Of a stretch of DNA of 64,000 nucleotides, positions 12,665-24,925 are shown one piece after another. The DNA comes from Felis catus (Eukaryota). Under the pieces are notes generated by a model that was given only the letters and a program-made list of their open reading frames with translations, was not told the DNA's origin and did not search any database. The translations under genes and the position numbers were made by a program. Where the stretch lies: positions 43,526,001-43,590,000 of the forward strand of contig NC_058368.1 of NCBI RefSeq assembly GCF_018350175.1, written 5' to 3'. Numbering within the stretch: position 1 is the first letter of the stretch; each line of letters starts with the position of its first letter.

Positions 12665-13365
12665 TGTTACGGGTTCAATTGTGTTTCCCAGAAAAACATA
12701 TTGAAGTACTAACTTCTAGTATCTGTGAATGTGACCTTCTTTCAAAATAAGGGCTCTATAGATATAATCCAGTTAAGACAAGGTCGTTAGAGTGGCCCCT
12801 AACCCAATACTAATACAATGCAATACCTATAATTGGTGTCTTTATAAGAAGGAAAGAGAACAGGAAAAACATCATGTGAAGATGGAGACAGAGATTGAAT
12901 TGATTTATGTAAAAGCCAAGTAACACCAAAGATTGATAGCCATAACCAGCAGCTAAAGGAGGAATGGAACATATTCCGAGCCTTTAAAAGGAACCGACCC
13001 TGCCAAAAGCTTGATTTCAGATTTCTAGCCTCTATCTGCAAAAGAATAAATTCCTGTTTGTTTGTTTTTTTTAAGTTTATTTATATATCTTGAAAGAGAA
13101 TGGCTGGATGTGTGCACAGAGCCAAGAGCACTTGCACATGAGCGGAATGGGCAGAGAGAGGGAGAGAAATAATCCAGGCTCTGTGCTGTCAGCGCAGAGC
13201 CTGATGCAAGGTTCAGTCTCATGAACCATGAGATCATGACCTAGCTGAAAAGAGTTGGACCCTTAATCGACTGAGCCATCCATGTGTTCCTAAATTCCTG
13301 TTTTTTTTTTTTTAAGCTACCTGGTTTGTGGTATTTTGTTATGGCAGCCCTAGAAAACTAATATA
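12665..13365 (+). mobile_element. MLT1B/C-type MaLR solo LTR, interrupted by a SINE
   Basis: TGTTACGGGTTCAATTGTGT start; TTTGTGGTATTTTGTTATGGCAGCCCTAGAAAACTAATATA end; 5-bp TSD GTGGT/GTTGT. Confidence 0.9.
13060..13290 (-). mobile_element. CanSINE inside MLT1 LTR
   Basis: TSD TAAATTCCTGTTT (13047-13059, 13291-13303). Confidence 0.93.
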
Positions 13366-15634
13366 GTTGTTATGCCCAGAAAACAGTGGAGGAACTCACT
13401 CGTTGGTAATATACCAACTCACTGGTTGGTGATATACCAAGAGAGCAAAGAAGTGTAATGTAGTCAAGAAGCTGTATTTTGGACACTAATGTTCAAGTGT
13501 CAACAGCAACTCCCTGTCTGCCTACCGTGGCATGTGAACAGCAGAGCTGCTCTACCCACTCTTATCCTAAAGGCTAAGACAATGAACCTCTTGTGTGTAA
13601 CACTAATGGGAAATGAGTCTTTATGAATCTCCTAAAGTTTGCTTTAAATATGACCCTGGGGCTTTGAAGGCCTCTAGGAAGGAGAGTTTGAAAAGCCATT
13701 AGTAACAATGTAGTTTAATTTCTTCACAACCTTGAAGGTGGAAGGCTTGAATTTGTGTTTTAAGTATAAGCATTTTAAAATATACGATAAAGTTACACTT
13801 GAGGTCGCCATCAAGAAGCATACCTGTTGCATATGTAAAATCTATATTGTGGGAACAGACTGTAACTCTTACATTTTCTCTCATTCATCTGGATATTATG
13901 GGCAAATTTGCTTTATCTGCTTTACTTGGGTTTTTGCTTAAATAATCCCTTTTGAAATTTAGCTCCTTGAATTTATAAATCAAATCCATATATTCAAGAC
14001 CTCATTGAGTTACTTACTATCATGTAACTTTAAACAACCTGAAATCTTTTTTTTTCTTTGGTTTTCCTTTACTTCTTCTGTTAAAATATGAATAATGGTA
14101 TGCAATTACTAGAAATGACTAGGCCAATAATATAAGTTATTTTAATTAAACCAATATAGTGTCATTCTGGTCTAAGCATGAGCAAGAGTCCTCAGTGCAA
14201 TGAATCTGCAAGAAAGTTGATGGTTTCTTTCAAGAATTTCTATGAAATGAAAAAAAAAAATAAAACAGAAGAAAAAAAAAGAATTTCTATGAAATGTTTT
14301 TAATTCTTTAAAAGTTTAAATGATTTAGCAAAGTATCTCATTATCATCAATGTCAGCCTTTGGGTATAATTAAAAAATATGCTTCAAATGAAGTATTGAT
14401 CAGGATTCTTTATATGAAATTATATCCATGCTCCTAATTTCTGTTCTTAAAGGTTTCCACCATGTCATAGCCAAATAATTCAAAAGGAATATTCTGGTTA
14501 AAAGCAATCTTTTAAATTCAGTTGGTGTAGAATGACTGCCAGACCAATAAAACTTGAATATAAACAATGAAATCTATTAACATCAGAAGAAAACTAACTT
14601 TTTTTTTAACTTTTTTTTTTTTAATTAGGTCACCCTTGACACATAGGACAGTGGAGAAGCAAAAAGATAAAAGTTGACAGTATCCTGAGCACTACCCAGG
14701 AGAATATGTCTTTGTTTAGAGACAATGCTTAGGTCCACAGCTATATTGGAATAGTTGTGAATTTTTTACTGTTTCTGGCTGGGTATCACAACCTGAAATA
14801 GGTACTCATGTGCAACTGACATATGAAAATCTGGCAAGACAGTAAGTGCAGTTTGCCAAGGATGGGGAAGAAGCCAGGTGAAAGTGAAAGGTCAGGATAA
14901 GTCTGATTTCAGGGTGATTTCAGCAAAGGAACTTTATGCTTAAAAGCTGTCCTGCATGGAATCACAAGAGCATCTTTCATACTCTGAAGTAGAAACACAT
15001 AGGCACTTTCAGCTTTATACATTTGTAGGTAAGGGCTAGTTGTCCCAGTGGCTCATGAGAAGTTCTCCAGGCTGAGCCATAGGCATACACTATTGGAAGC
15101 AAATTGACACTAAGATTACAAGTATGGCACACAGAAACAGAAAAAAAAGGGGGGGGGAGCATCTTAGATGTCTTTGTGGAGCAGAGGGGGCCCCTACCTC
15201 TTTCATTAACTTGTGGAGAATGTTGGGCCCTCTGAATTTTGTAGCAATTCCAAACTCATCACAATGTATTCGCACATTTCTTCAGAATTCACGGACTTCA
15301 CTTAATGTATATTTAGTACAACCTAAAGGAGAGGATAAACTACAATTTGCTTATAGGCTGCTCAATTGCCAAATGATGTTTTTTAAATCAAAATGAAAAG
15401 TTGGCTGTAATTCTATCTCAAATTCTTTATGTAATCATTAAAGAATATAAACTAGCATGACTAAGATTTTCAGCCATCCCTTTGATAAAAATGTGCTTTT
15501 CCTTAGAAATATGCTTCTCCTAGGAAAGCACACTTGTGCTTGTATTGTTGTATGAATAATTAATCATTTCCAGTTAGTTATTCTTAACTGGGAGTGTAAC
15601 ACAATGAGGAGATTATTAGGTTTTCTCATATCAA

Positions 15635-15740
15635 TAAATAGCTCTGGGAACCTGAGAATATCTCAGTTATCTCTTACTGCTCTTTGTATTCCTGTCAATA
15701 AAATGGGGATGATAAGAACTGCCAGATCTATTTCCTATAT
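15635..15740 (+). mobile_element. MIR fragment
   Basis: TAAAATGGGGATGATAAGAAC core motif. Confidence 0.45.
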
Positions 15741-17552
15741 CTGTACTTAATATGCTGTACCTAATATATATTATTAGTGTAAAAATAATACATTTTTAAA
15801 GGAATTATGAATCTCTAAAGTTGAATCATTATTATAAGTAGGCTTGGCAGAAACACATCTGTGTTGGAATGTGGTTTTATATGGTTGACTAAATTCAAGT
15901 GAAGGAAAAAATATATTACTAAACTGTCAGGAAATAATTTTAATGATCAAATATCTGATTTCTTAATTCCTATGTACCCCAAAATGTTTAAGATTAAACA
16001 ATTCACTTTCTGATAATAATTATTTTAGCATTATTAAGCTGGGTATTTCACATGGAATAAACCTGAAAATTGGCATCTATATTTCAGTAGGCCTAAGTGT
16101 GTACTTGTGCACAATGGTTAATAGTTTGATAGCTGGAAATATTTGTTAACACTAAATAACCGTAAGCAGTGACTTTCTTTCAAGGTATTTTTGAAGAATT
16201 GCAGTCATATCTCTGAAAGATTCATCACTTACTTTCTCTTTTCAGTGATTATTACAGAAGTCTACAGACAGCTACACCCATAACAGCAAGTTAAATACTT
16301 CATATTCTACAATATATTATTTGAAGTACTACATTTTTCAATTTATTTCAGGATAAACTGATAAAATTTCTATATTGGACTTAAATTCAACAGTTCCACT
16401 AAGTTGAATAATTTTATCTTCACTCTGCAGTTGCTTAGATACCTCTGGGTATTTTCTGGTTTTATCTTTGTTGCCAGAAGTATTTATGCATTAAACTAGG
16501 ACCAGTGATACTTAACCAACTTGATCTTTATTATACTAGTGCATAGGTTACTACTTAGACAGAGATTAACAAGCCAGTGAAAGTGCTCTCTGGGGATAGA
16601 GAGTCTACTGTGTTGAGAGGGTCAAATGCATTATCCATTTCAAATTCTAGAGGATAGAAAACAGCTTTAACATATTCTTCGTCCCTCTGCAACTGCTGTT
16701 GTAATGAATATCACTGGGCATGCTGTGCTATCATTTTTAATTCCATGAAATAATAAAGTTTATGAAGTTAAGACCTAGCAAAATTCAATAATTTTTAAGT
16801 GTTCTTTTCTCTGGCTTTAAAAAAAAAAAGGCCCTTGGATTAATATTCTTCCTTTGCAGGGAAAAAAGCATCAATAGTTATTTCAATGTGTTGAATGTAA
16901 AATATTTTGCATGAAAAAATCAAGGTGCCAAAGTTATTAAAAGGGAGTGACTAGACAAGAACTTCTTTTCAAGATAAATTGGTAGCAAAATTTTATCAGA
17001 AGTAGTTTTACTTGCACAAATCACAATATATATGAAACTGAAAAATAAGGTAAATTTTGGCTTTTTAGTAATAAATGTAAACATAATGAAACAAATATTA
17101 AGACTTTGCATGCCATTTCTTATAGAAAAATATAATTATAATATCTCTCTATTGTATATTCTATCAGAATTGTAGAAGGAATATAATATCTTCTTAGTCC
17201 AGGTCCGTATGCTGTGATGACTATGATAAAAATTGGAAATAGAGAATTAATAGATCATCTACATAATTTTAAAGTTGTGGTATTATAGAACAATATTTAA
17301 AATATTGAATTCCTTTCTAATCAAACTTAACCTTTCAAAGTATAGCATTTGATTATATTTTTAAAGAAAACAATTTAGAGGTAATTTTTTTGTTCTAAAA
17401 TGTTTTTCTTACCTAAAAGAAATAAAATTTATCATTACAATGATTTTTTTAGCATATCTGATTTACTGAATAAAAAATACAATAAAACTTGAAATTGTTT
17501 CCTGTCAAAACCACAGAATACAAAAAAATTTCAGTACATATCATTGCTTTTT

Positions 17553-17773
17553 TTTTTTAATTTTTTTTTTCAACGTTTATTTATTTTTCGGACAGAGAGA
17601 GACAGAGCATGAACGGGGGAGGGGCAGAGAGAGAGGGAGACACAGAATCGGAAACAGGCTCCAGGCTCTGAGCCATCAGCCCAGAGCCCGACGCGGGGCT
17701 CGAACTCACGGACCGCGAGATCGTGACCTGGCTGAAGTCGGACGCTTAACCGACTGCGCCACCCAGGCGCCCC
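17553..17773 (-). mobile_element. Young felid CanSINE (SINEC_Fc type)
   Basis: CpGs intact, diagnostic GGTGGCGCAGTCGG...TTCAGCCAGGTCACGATCTCGCGG; perfect 16-bp TSD CATATCATTGCTTTTT. Confidence 0.97.
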
Positions 17774-17805
17774 CATATCATTGCTTTTTAAAAGTATCTT
17801 AAAAT

Positions 17806-18012
17806 GAGCAGTGTCTCAGTGGCTCAGTAGGTTAAGCATCCAACTCTTGATTTTGGCTCAGGTCATGATCTCATGGTTTGTGGAATTGAGCCCTGAGTCA
17901 GGCTGTGTGCTAATGGCATGGAGCCTGCTTGGGATTCTCTCTCCCTCTCTCTCTGCCCCTGTCCTGCTGTGCTCTCACTGTCTCAAAATAACAAACTTTT
18001 AAAAAATCTAAA
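17806..18012 (+). mobile_element. Older CanSINE
   Basis: GTGGCTCAGTAGGTTAAGCATCC...GGAGCCTGCTTGGGATTCTCTCTC, A-rich tail. Confidence 0.93.
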
Positions 18013-18392
18013 ATTATTTAAAACAGTAAACTATATTTTTCAGTTTTTTTTTGCAATGATATATTGGTCTCTGTTTATAACAAAAACAAAATACCATATA
18101 TCTTCTGTTCCCAAACGTTTTCTCTTCCTTCTCCCATTCAGAGCATTCTCTTTCCTTTGAGACGTTTCTTAACTTCTGTTGCCTTATTACTGAAAAACTG
18201 GTAGTATTTTTAATCTATTTTTTTGCTTTTTTATTAGAATTTATTAAACTTCTTATATTCAACTTTTATTTTTCTATAATATTCAGGATTAGTTCTAATT
18301 CTGCACTTTCTCATCAGTAAAAGTAAATTTACTATAACAAATGCATTTATTTTTCCTAATAAATAATTAAATTATTAAATCTTATTTAATTA

Positions 18393-18588
18393 GGGGCACC
18401 TAGGTGGCTCAGTCAGTTAAGTGGCTGACTCTTCATTTTGGCTCAGGTTATAATCTCATGGTCCTTGAGTTCAAGCACCACGTCTGGCTCAGTGCTGGCA
18501 GCACCAAACCTGCATGGGATTCACCCTCTCCTTTTTTCTCTGACTCTCTCTCTCTCTCTCTCTCAAAATTAATAAACTTAAAAAAAAA
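18393..18588 (+). mobile_element. CanSINE
   Basis: GGGGCACCTAGGTGGCTCAG head, (CT)n, A tail. Confidence 0.93.
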
Positions 18589-18604
18589 GTTAACTTAGTT
18601 AATT

Positions 18605-20022
18605 TATACCTTACACAAAAATAAATTCAAAATTGATGAAAGAGCTAAATATGAGATCCAAAATGTCCAACAGGAAGCCATTAAAATTCTAGAGGAGAAC
18701 ACAGGCAGTAGCCTCTTTTGCTTCGGCTCTAGCAACTTCTTACTAGATACGTCTCCTGAGGGAAACCAAAGCACAAATAAACTGTTGGAATTCATCAACA
18801 TAAAAATCTTCTGCACAGTGAAAGATACAACCAACAAACTTAATGGCAACCTACTAAATGGGAGAAGATATTTGCAAATGACATGATGATAAAGGGTTAG
18901 TATCTAAAATGTATAAAGAAATCATAAAACTCAACACACAAAACATGAATAATCCAATTAAAAAATGAGCAGAATGGGGCGCCTGGGTAGCTCAGTCGGT
19001 CAAGCATCCGACTTTGGCTCAAGTCATGATCTCACAGTTCATGTGTTCGAGCCCTGAATTAGGCTCTGTGCTGACAGCTGAGAGCCTGGAGCCTGCTTCG
19101 GATTCTGTGTCACCCTCTGTCTGACCCTTCCCCGTTCATGCTCTGACTCTCTCTGTCTCAAAAATAAATAAAAACATTTAAAAATATTTTTTAAATGATC
19201 AGAAGACATGAATAAAGAAGGCATACTTATGGCCAACAGACATATGAAAAGATGCTCAACATCACTCATCGTCAGGGAAATGCAGTCAAAACTACAATGA
19301 GGTATTATACCACACCTGTCAGAATGGTAACACAGAAAACAACTGGCAAGGATGTGAAGAAAGGGGAACGCTGCTGCACTGTTGGTCAGAATGCAAATGG
19401 TGTAGCCACTCTAGAAAAGAGTATGGAGATTTCTCAAAAAACTAAAAATAGAACTACCCTATGATTTAGCTACTATGTCTTTACCCAAGGAATACAAAAA
19501 TATTATTTCAAAGGGATACATGCACCCTGATACTTATAGCAGCATTATCTACAATAGCCAAACTATGGAAAAAGCCCAAATATTCATTGACAGATGAATT
19601 GATGAAGAAGATGTGGTATGCATGTGTATGTGTGTGTATGTGTGTGTGTGTGTGTGCATGATGAAATATTACTCAGCCATCAAAAATAATGAAGTCTTGA
19701 CATTTTCAACAATGTGAATGGAGCTAGAGAGTATTATGCTAAGCAAAACTTGTCAGTCAGAAATACAAATATGTGTATTCCACTCATATGTGGAATATGA
19801 GAAACAAACATTATCATAGGGGGAAAAGAGAGAGGCAAAACAAGAAACAGACTCTTAACTACAGAGAACAAACTGATGGTTACCAGAATGGAAGTGGGTG
19901 GGGGCATGGGTTAAATAGGTAATGAGGATTAAAGAGTACATTCGTTGTGATGAGGACTGGGTATTGTATGGAAGTGTTGCATTACTACATTGTATATCTG
20001 ACACTAATATTATACTGGATGT
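18605..20022 (+). mobile_element. Carnivore L1, ORF2 3' part and 3'UTR (5'-truncated)
   Basis: ACACAAAAATAAATTCAAAA...ATTAAAATTCTAGAGGAGAACACAGGC, AAATGGGAGAAGATATTTGCAAATGAC, AGAACTACCCTATGA; carnivore-type 3'UTR GGGTATTGTATGGAAGTGTTG. Confidence 0.9.
18976..19192 (+). mobile_element. CanSINE inside L1
   Basis: GGGGCGCCTGGGTAGCTCAG head; TSD AAATGA(G/T)CAGAA. Confidence 0.95.
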
Positions 20023-20039
20023 AGAGATTGGTTTGCTTT

Positions 20040-21748
20040 CAAATGTGATGAAAACAAAATCTTTAGACCTAATAAACATACTAAATGCAAATTAAACATG
20101 AAGAAATCTGCACTAAATTCCATCACAATTAAGATTAAAAATAAAAACTGAAAAAGAGAAAATACTAAAAAAATAGTTATGTTGTATACAGAGGAAAAAT
20201 AAATTACAGCAGGTTTTTATTAAAATACTGCAAGTAAGAAAAGTGACAACACAGTTAAAGTATGAAATGAGAGATGGATGTTGGTAGAGAGTTAATGTAG
20301 AATTCTATATCCAGAAAAAATGTCTTTCCAAAATGGATGGTAGATAAAGTGAAAAGTATGGGTAAATATATTTTTTCATTATTTTTTGCATCATTATAAA
20401 TTATAATTTATTGTTTAAATAAAAAATAATAATGTATTGTGGGGCTTATTACATAGTTATAAGTAAAACAAAAGCTGAGAGATTAGGAGAGAGAAGAGGG
20501 AAGTATGTGATGAAAAGGTATAGTCCCATACTATTGCAAAATGCAGTGTAAGTTAAGTGCTATGAAATTGATTACTTGTGTTAAGTTAAAGATATATCCT
20601 TAATCTTAAACTTAATCCTTATAACTTAATCACTAAAAATAAGAAAGTTAAATTATATATAAATAATCTAATATGTAAAGGAGGAAAATGAGATCAAATA
20701 AAAGATAAAGTAAATAAAAACAGAGACAGGAAAATTTAAACCAGCCTTATTAATATAAAATTTTCTAAACTTTTCAGTTAAAGGCAGATGTCACACTTTG
20801 AATATAAAATCACAAATAGATTAAAAGCGATGGAATGGGAGAAAATAGATAATGTTAATTCTAACCAAATAACATAGAGAGGTCTTCTGAATATCTGATG
20901 AGAAAGGTTTTCGAAAGAATATTGCTAGGAATAGAAACAATCATTTTATTATAATCATAGGTTTAATTAAACTCAAAGTAAGACCAAGAAAGAAATAAGA
21001 AAGAGAAACACAAAAAACAATGAAATTGAAAACAAAATTTATACCAAGAAACAATGAAACCAAAAATTGTTTCTTTGAGATGAGTGAAATATTTAAAGTT
21101 CTAGTCATTCTAATCAGGAAAATTAAAGAGGCAATACAAATTACCAATGTCAGAAATGAGTGAGGGTACATTACTACACATACTACAGATATTAAAATTA
21201 TATTATAATAAAACAAATTTTGTGAAGTGGAAAAATTTCTTAAAACACATCTGCTATTTAAGTTTACTCAATAAGAAATAGATAACCCAAGTTTTTATAT
21301 TCATTATGGAAAGTGAATTTGTTATTACAAAGAATCTCCTAACAAAGAAAACCTCATGCCCGGATGCCGTCACTGGTGAATTCTTCCAAATATCTACGAA
21401 AGATTTATGACAATTTTACAAAAATGCTTGAACTGTCTCTCTCTAGCAAAAAGGTGGAGGGTGCCTGGGTGGCTCAGTTGGTTGAGCATCTGACTCATGA
21501 TTTTGACTCAGGTAATGATCCCAGGGTCGTGGGAGGACCCCTGAGTTGGGCTTCACCCTGAGTGTGGGTCCTGCTTGGGATTCTCTCTCTCCCTCTCTCT
21601 GTATCTCTCTCTGTCTCCTCCTTTGCCCCTTTTCCCCACTGTCTCTCTTGTAAAATAAGAATGCTAATAAAAAGAATTGTTCAAGGAGCAGTTTTCATCT
21701 TATTCCATGAGGCCAGCATTATCCCGATCTGAAAACCTGAAAAGACAA
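20040..21748 (+). mobile_element. Old L1M fragments (ORF1 end and ORF2 5' half, internally deleted)
   Basis: AGAATTCTATATCCAG (RILYP); CCGGATGCCGTCACTGGTGAATTCTTCCAA (PDGFTGEF-like); TTCCATGAGGCCAGCATTATC (FYEASIT-like). Confidence 0.75.
21457..21673 (+). mobile_element. Old CanSINE inside L1M
   Basis: GGGTGCCTGGGTGGCTCAGTTGGTTGAGCATCTGAC head. Confidence 0.9.
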
Positions 21749-21749
21749 G

Positions 21750-21955
21750 GGTGAAACAGACTTTAAGGTGACCCCCTAAGGCCCCCATCTCCTAGGTGGG
21801 GATCCTATCCTTTTATAATCAATCCTCTCCCTTTATGTGTGGAAGAGACTAGTGACTTGCTTCTAAACAATAGAATAAGACAAAAGAACTGGGAAATTCC
21901 TCCCATGATTACATTGTTACATAAGACTGTCTTGCTAGAAGACTCCCTGTTGTTT
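21750..21955 (+). mobile_element. MLT1E/F-type MaLR LTR, 5' part
   Basis: GACTAGTGACTTGCTTCTAAACAATAGAATA...GTTACATAAGACTGT. Confidence 0.7.
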
Positions 21956-21957
21956 TG

Positions 21958-22401
21958 AGTTCTACCAACTACTCAATTCCAAAGCCATATTATTTTTAGG
22001 TATCTATTAAAGCAGCATCTTGCTTCTGGATACAAATTTCTGTCTTAGCCAGTTAGAGCTGCTATAACAAAGTGTCATAGATTAAGGTGGCTTATAAACA
22101 GAAATGTTAATGGTTCTGGAGGCTAGAAGTCTGAAATCAGAGTGACAGTGTGATCACTTCTAGTGACAGATTTGTTCCAGGATACAGACTGCTGGATTCT
22201 TATTGTATATTCCCATGACAGAAGGAGGTCTGGAGAGCTCTCTTGGGTGTCTTTTATAAGGGCACTAATATTATTTATGGGAGTTCCTTTGTCATAAGCT
22301 AATTACCTCTCAAAGGCCCCCACCTCATAACACTATCATATTGGGGGGTCAGGATTTCAACATATGAATTTGGGGGAAACATAAACATTTAATTGATTCC
22401 A
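21958..22401 (-). mobile_element. MLT1A-type LTR (22041-22401) with adjoining start of MaLR internal sequence (21958-22040)
   Basis: TGTCTTAG...GCTGCTATAACAAAG...GGATTTCAACATATGAATTTGGGGGAAACA; adjacent TTCCAAAGCC...TAGGTATCTATTAAAGCAGCA resembles MLT-int. Confidence 0.85.
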
Positions 22402-22632
22402 GGCATACTGACTATTCTGAAGTGAAGGTCCTTGGAAAATAGCAGATGGCAGAAGAGCTCTTTGCTTTACTTTCTACCTAAAAGCAAATCATAAAATTCC
22501 CAATGGAAAATGTACCCTCCCCATACCAGGAAGAGAATATTATCCCCAGAGACTGAGAGTCAATGCTAAAATGGACCTTTAAAAAATCTAATAAAATCTA
22601 AAATAACTTTTATTTTCTGTTAGTTTCCCCTA
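22402..22632 (+). mobile_element. MER39/MER34-like ERV1 LTR fragment
   Basis: AGAAGAGCTCT...CTACCTAAAAGCA...ATACCAGGAAGAG...AAAATAACTTTTATTTTCTGTTAGTTTCCCC. Confidence 0.65.
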
Positions 22633-24794
22633 CTTTGGATATTTTTGTTTTGAATATTCCTGTGAACATGTAAACATAGTAAATTCTGTAAATGCAACAT
22701 TCTGTTAATGCAATATAATCATTCATGTAATACTTATGTTCCAAAGTTATCTTTATTAAAACTTCTAATTTAAAAAAGAGGAGTGTCTAGTAAGATAAAT
22801 TTACTATTTACCTATTTACCTCCTTTTATAAGCAATAAATAAATGTAGAAATATCTGTGTACCTGACAGGGATACAAGGAATGAAGGAATGCTATGTGCT
22901 GTATAATTATCTACAATGTTTTGAAGAAAAGCATACTATAGTTTTAGGAGAGAGGTAATGAAAATGTAAAAAATAAAAGCAGGCAGAAAAAAAACATCAA
23001 AGCATCCCCCTTCCAAAAGAAAAAAAAAAAAAAAAAGAAAGGTAAAAACGTCAGCTATCTAAAGCTGTTTCTGAAGATCTTGTTCATACTCCTCAATGTT
23101 AAGTCCTCAGGTCACCCCATGGTAACCACTAACAGTGCCCAATATCTGCTCCTCCGTTCTCAGAGCCTACCTTGTAGAAAACAGATTCATGTCCTGAAGA
23201 CACTCTTCATAGAAAATTTCCCCTACTAGCAGAAATCCTCCTTATACCCCGTAGCAATAGAAAACAGGATCTTGGTCTCTCCAGATGGGAATGGGAACAC
23301 ACTTTCTCCTAGATATGTCATTTCACATAGAGACAACTGTACCATTGGACAGTTATAGCCATTGCATGCACTATTGCTGATGGAACTTGCGTTAGGCATT
23401 ATAATCTAATTGTCATCTGTTATATAATGTTTATGGGTAAATATAGTTCAGGTTTTAAGTAATCTCTTAAGATATGTTAAACCATCACAACTGTGTTTTC
23501 CTTTGGAGACTGCCAATCTTTATTCAAAAATATGGACTTCTAATACCCTTTTGGAGAAGGTTATTATTACCTTTTTCATACCTCTGTTTTCCATTGGTAA
23601 AGGTATGTTGATATAATTTGTCTTTCTGCTTTGCTTTTATCCTGGTTGGCAGCTGCCCAAAAGTTTCCAGTAAATTTGTTTTAGTGAATTACTTTTTCTC
23701 CTCTTGCATTTCTCTTTTCTTGCTGCCTCTCTGCTTCTGGCTAGATGCCCACTGTAGCCTGGTAAGCTTCACCGTAAGAACAGGTGAAAAAATCTGTTCG
23801 TGGAGTTTTAGACAGGGTTTTACTTGGTTTACACAGTTCACTGGTTCTTGTATCTCCTCTTTGTGGCTAGAATGAATCCATCTTCTTTTCAAATGCTGAG
23901 TTTAGCAATTTTGGAAATTTAGATTTTTTTTTAAAGGATGCTGTGAAATACAGAAGGTCTTTTATATTTTCCTTAGATCATCTCCACTGATCTAACCATC
24001 TTTACTTAATCTTCTGAATACTGAAGACAAAATAGCTTCCTACTTCAAGTATTTTTCTGTGAATTATGCGTATGTGGAGACACCTAACATAATGAAATTA
24101 CTGAAGCAGACAATTTAAGTCAGAGACTTACTCAAATATTGAAAGTTTTAGGTCTTCAGAGACAGTTGAACTTCATGGATTAATAGGCAATTCTAAATTA
24201 AGAATGATGGTAAGTGATTTAATGTTTATATTGTGTATATGACGCATGCATGCATCAAAAACATACTCATCATTTTGTTAGAGTCATGGGGTGCACAGTT
24301 TTTATGTGTCTTCTGCAGTTTTGCTTTCCAGTGACTCAGAATGTTTCAGCCCATATATTTATACCATTTAATGTTTTTGATTTGAAGAGACATAAAAATA
24401 ATTGAGCCCTGCTGTGGTTCATCTTATTAAATGGAGATAAATAAAATGAAAATAACTTCACCTGGTTAGATTATTGAGGTTAACTCCACAAACCTGTACT
24501 TTACGTAAATCCTATAGGAAATAGAAACAGCTGACATTAAGCTAAATTACATGAAAGTATATCTGGTCATATTTTATTAGAGACAAAGAATTTTCAAAGA
24601 AATGGACATTGTTTTTGGCATCATCTGCTTAATGTAAATGTCTCGTAAGTGTTTGGATTAAAAAATAAATGATGCATATTACATACAGTTATAAAATACA
24701 ACAAAGAATTGATACACTTCAAATAAGACTGAAAAAAAGGACAATTTCTTTTAGCTTTACCGTATATATTAAAACTATATTTTCTCTGAGAAGT

Positions 24795-24925
24795 AGTTCT
24801 CTTAATAAGGTGGAATTTTTGGATCCTAAGACAATGTGGCAGATATACTCAATATCAAACTTAAATTTTTCAGTGGTCCATGATGTGACCTTGAGCAAAT
24901 CATTAGAGGCCTGCCTGTGCTTCAA
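24795..24925 (+). mobile_element. MIR fragment
   Basis: ATGTGACCTTGAGCAAATCA core. Confidence 0.45.

Noticed and set aside
23618..23892. Overlapping 85-aa and 67-aa ORFs as a coding exon
   Set aside because: No recognisable homology or convincing splice pair; length expected by chance
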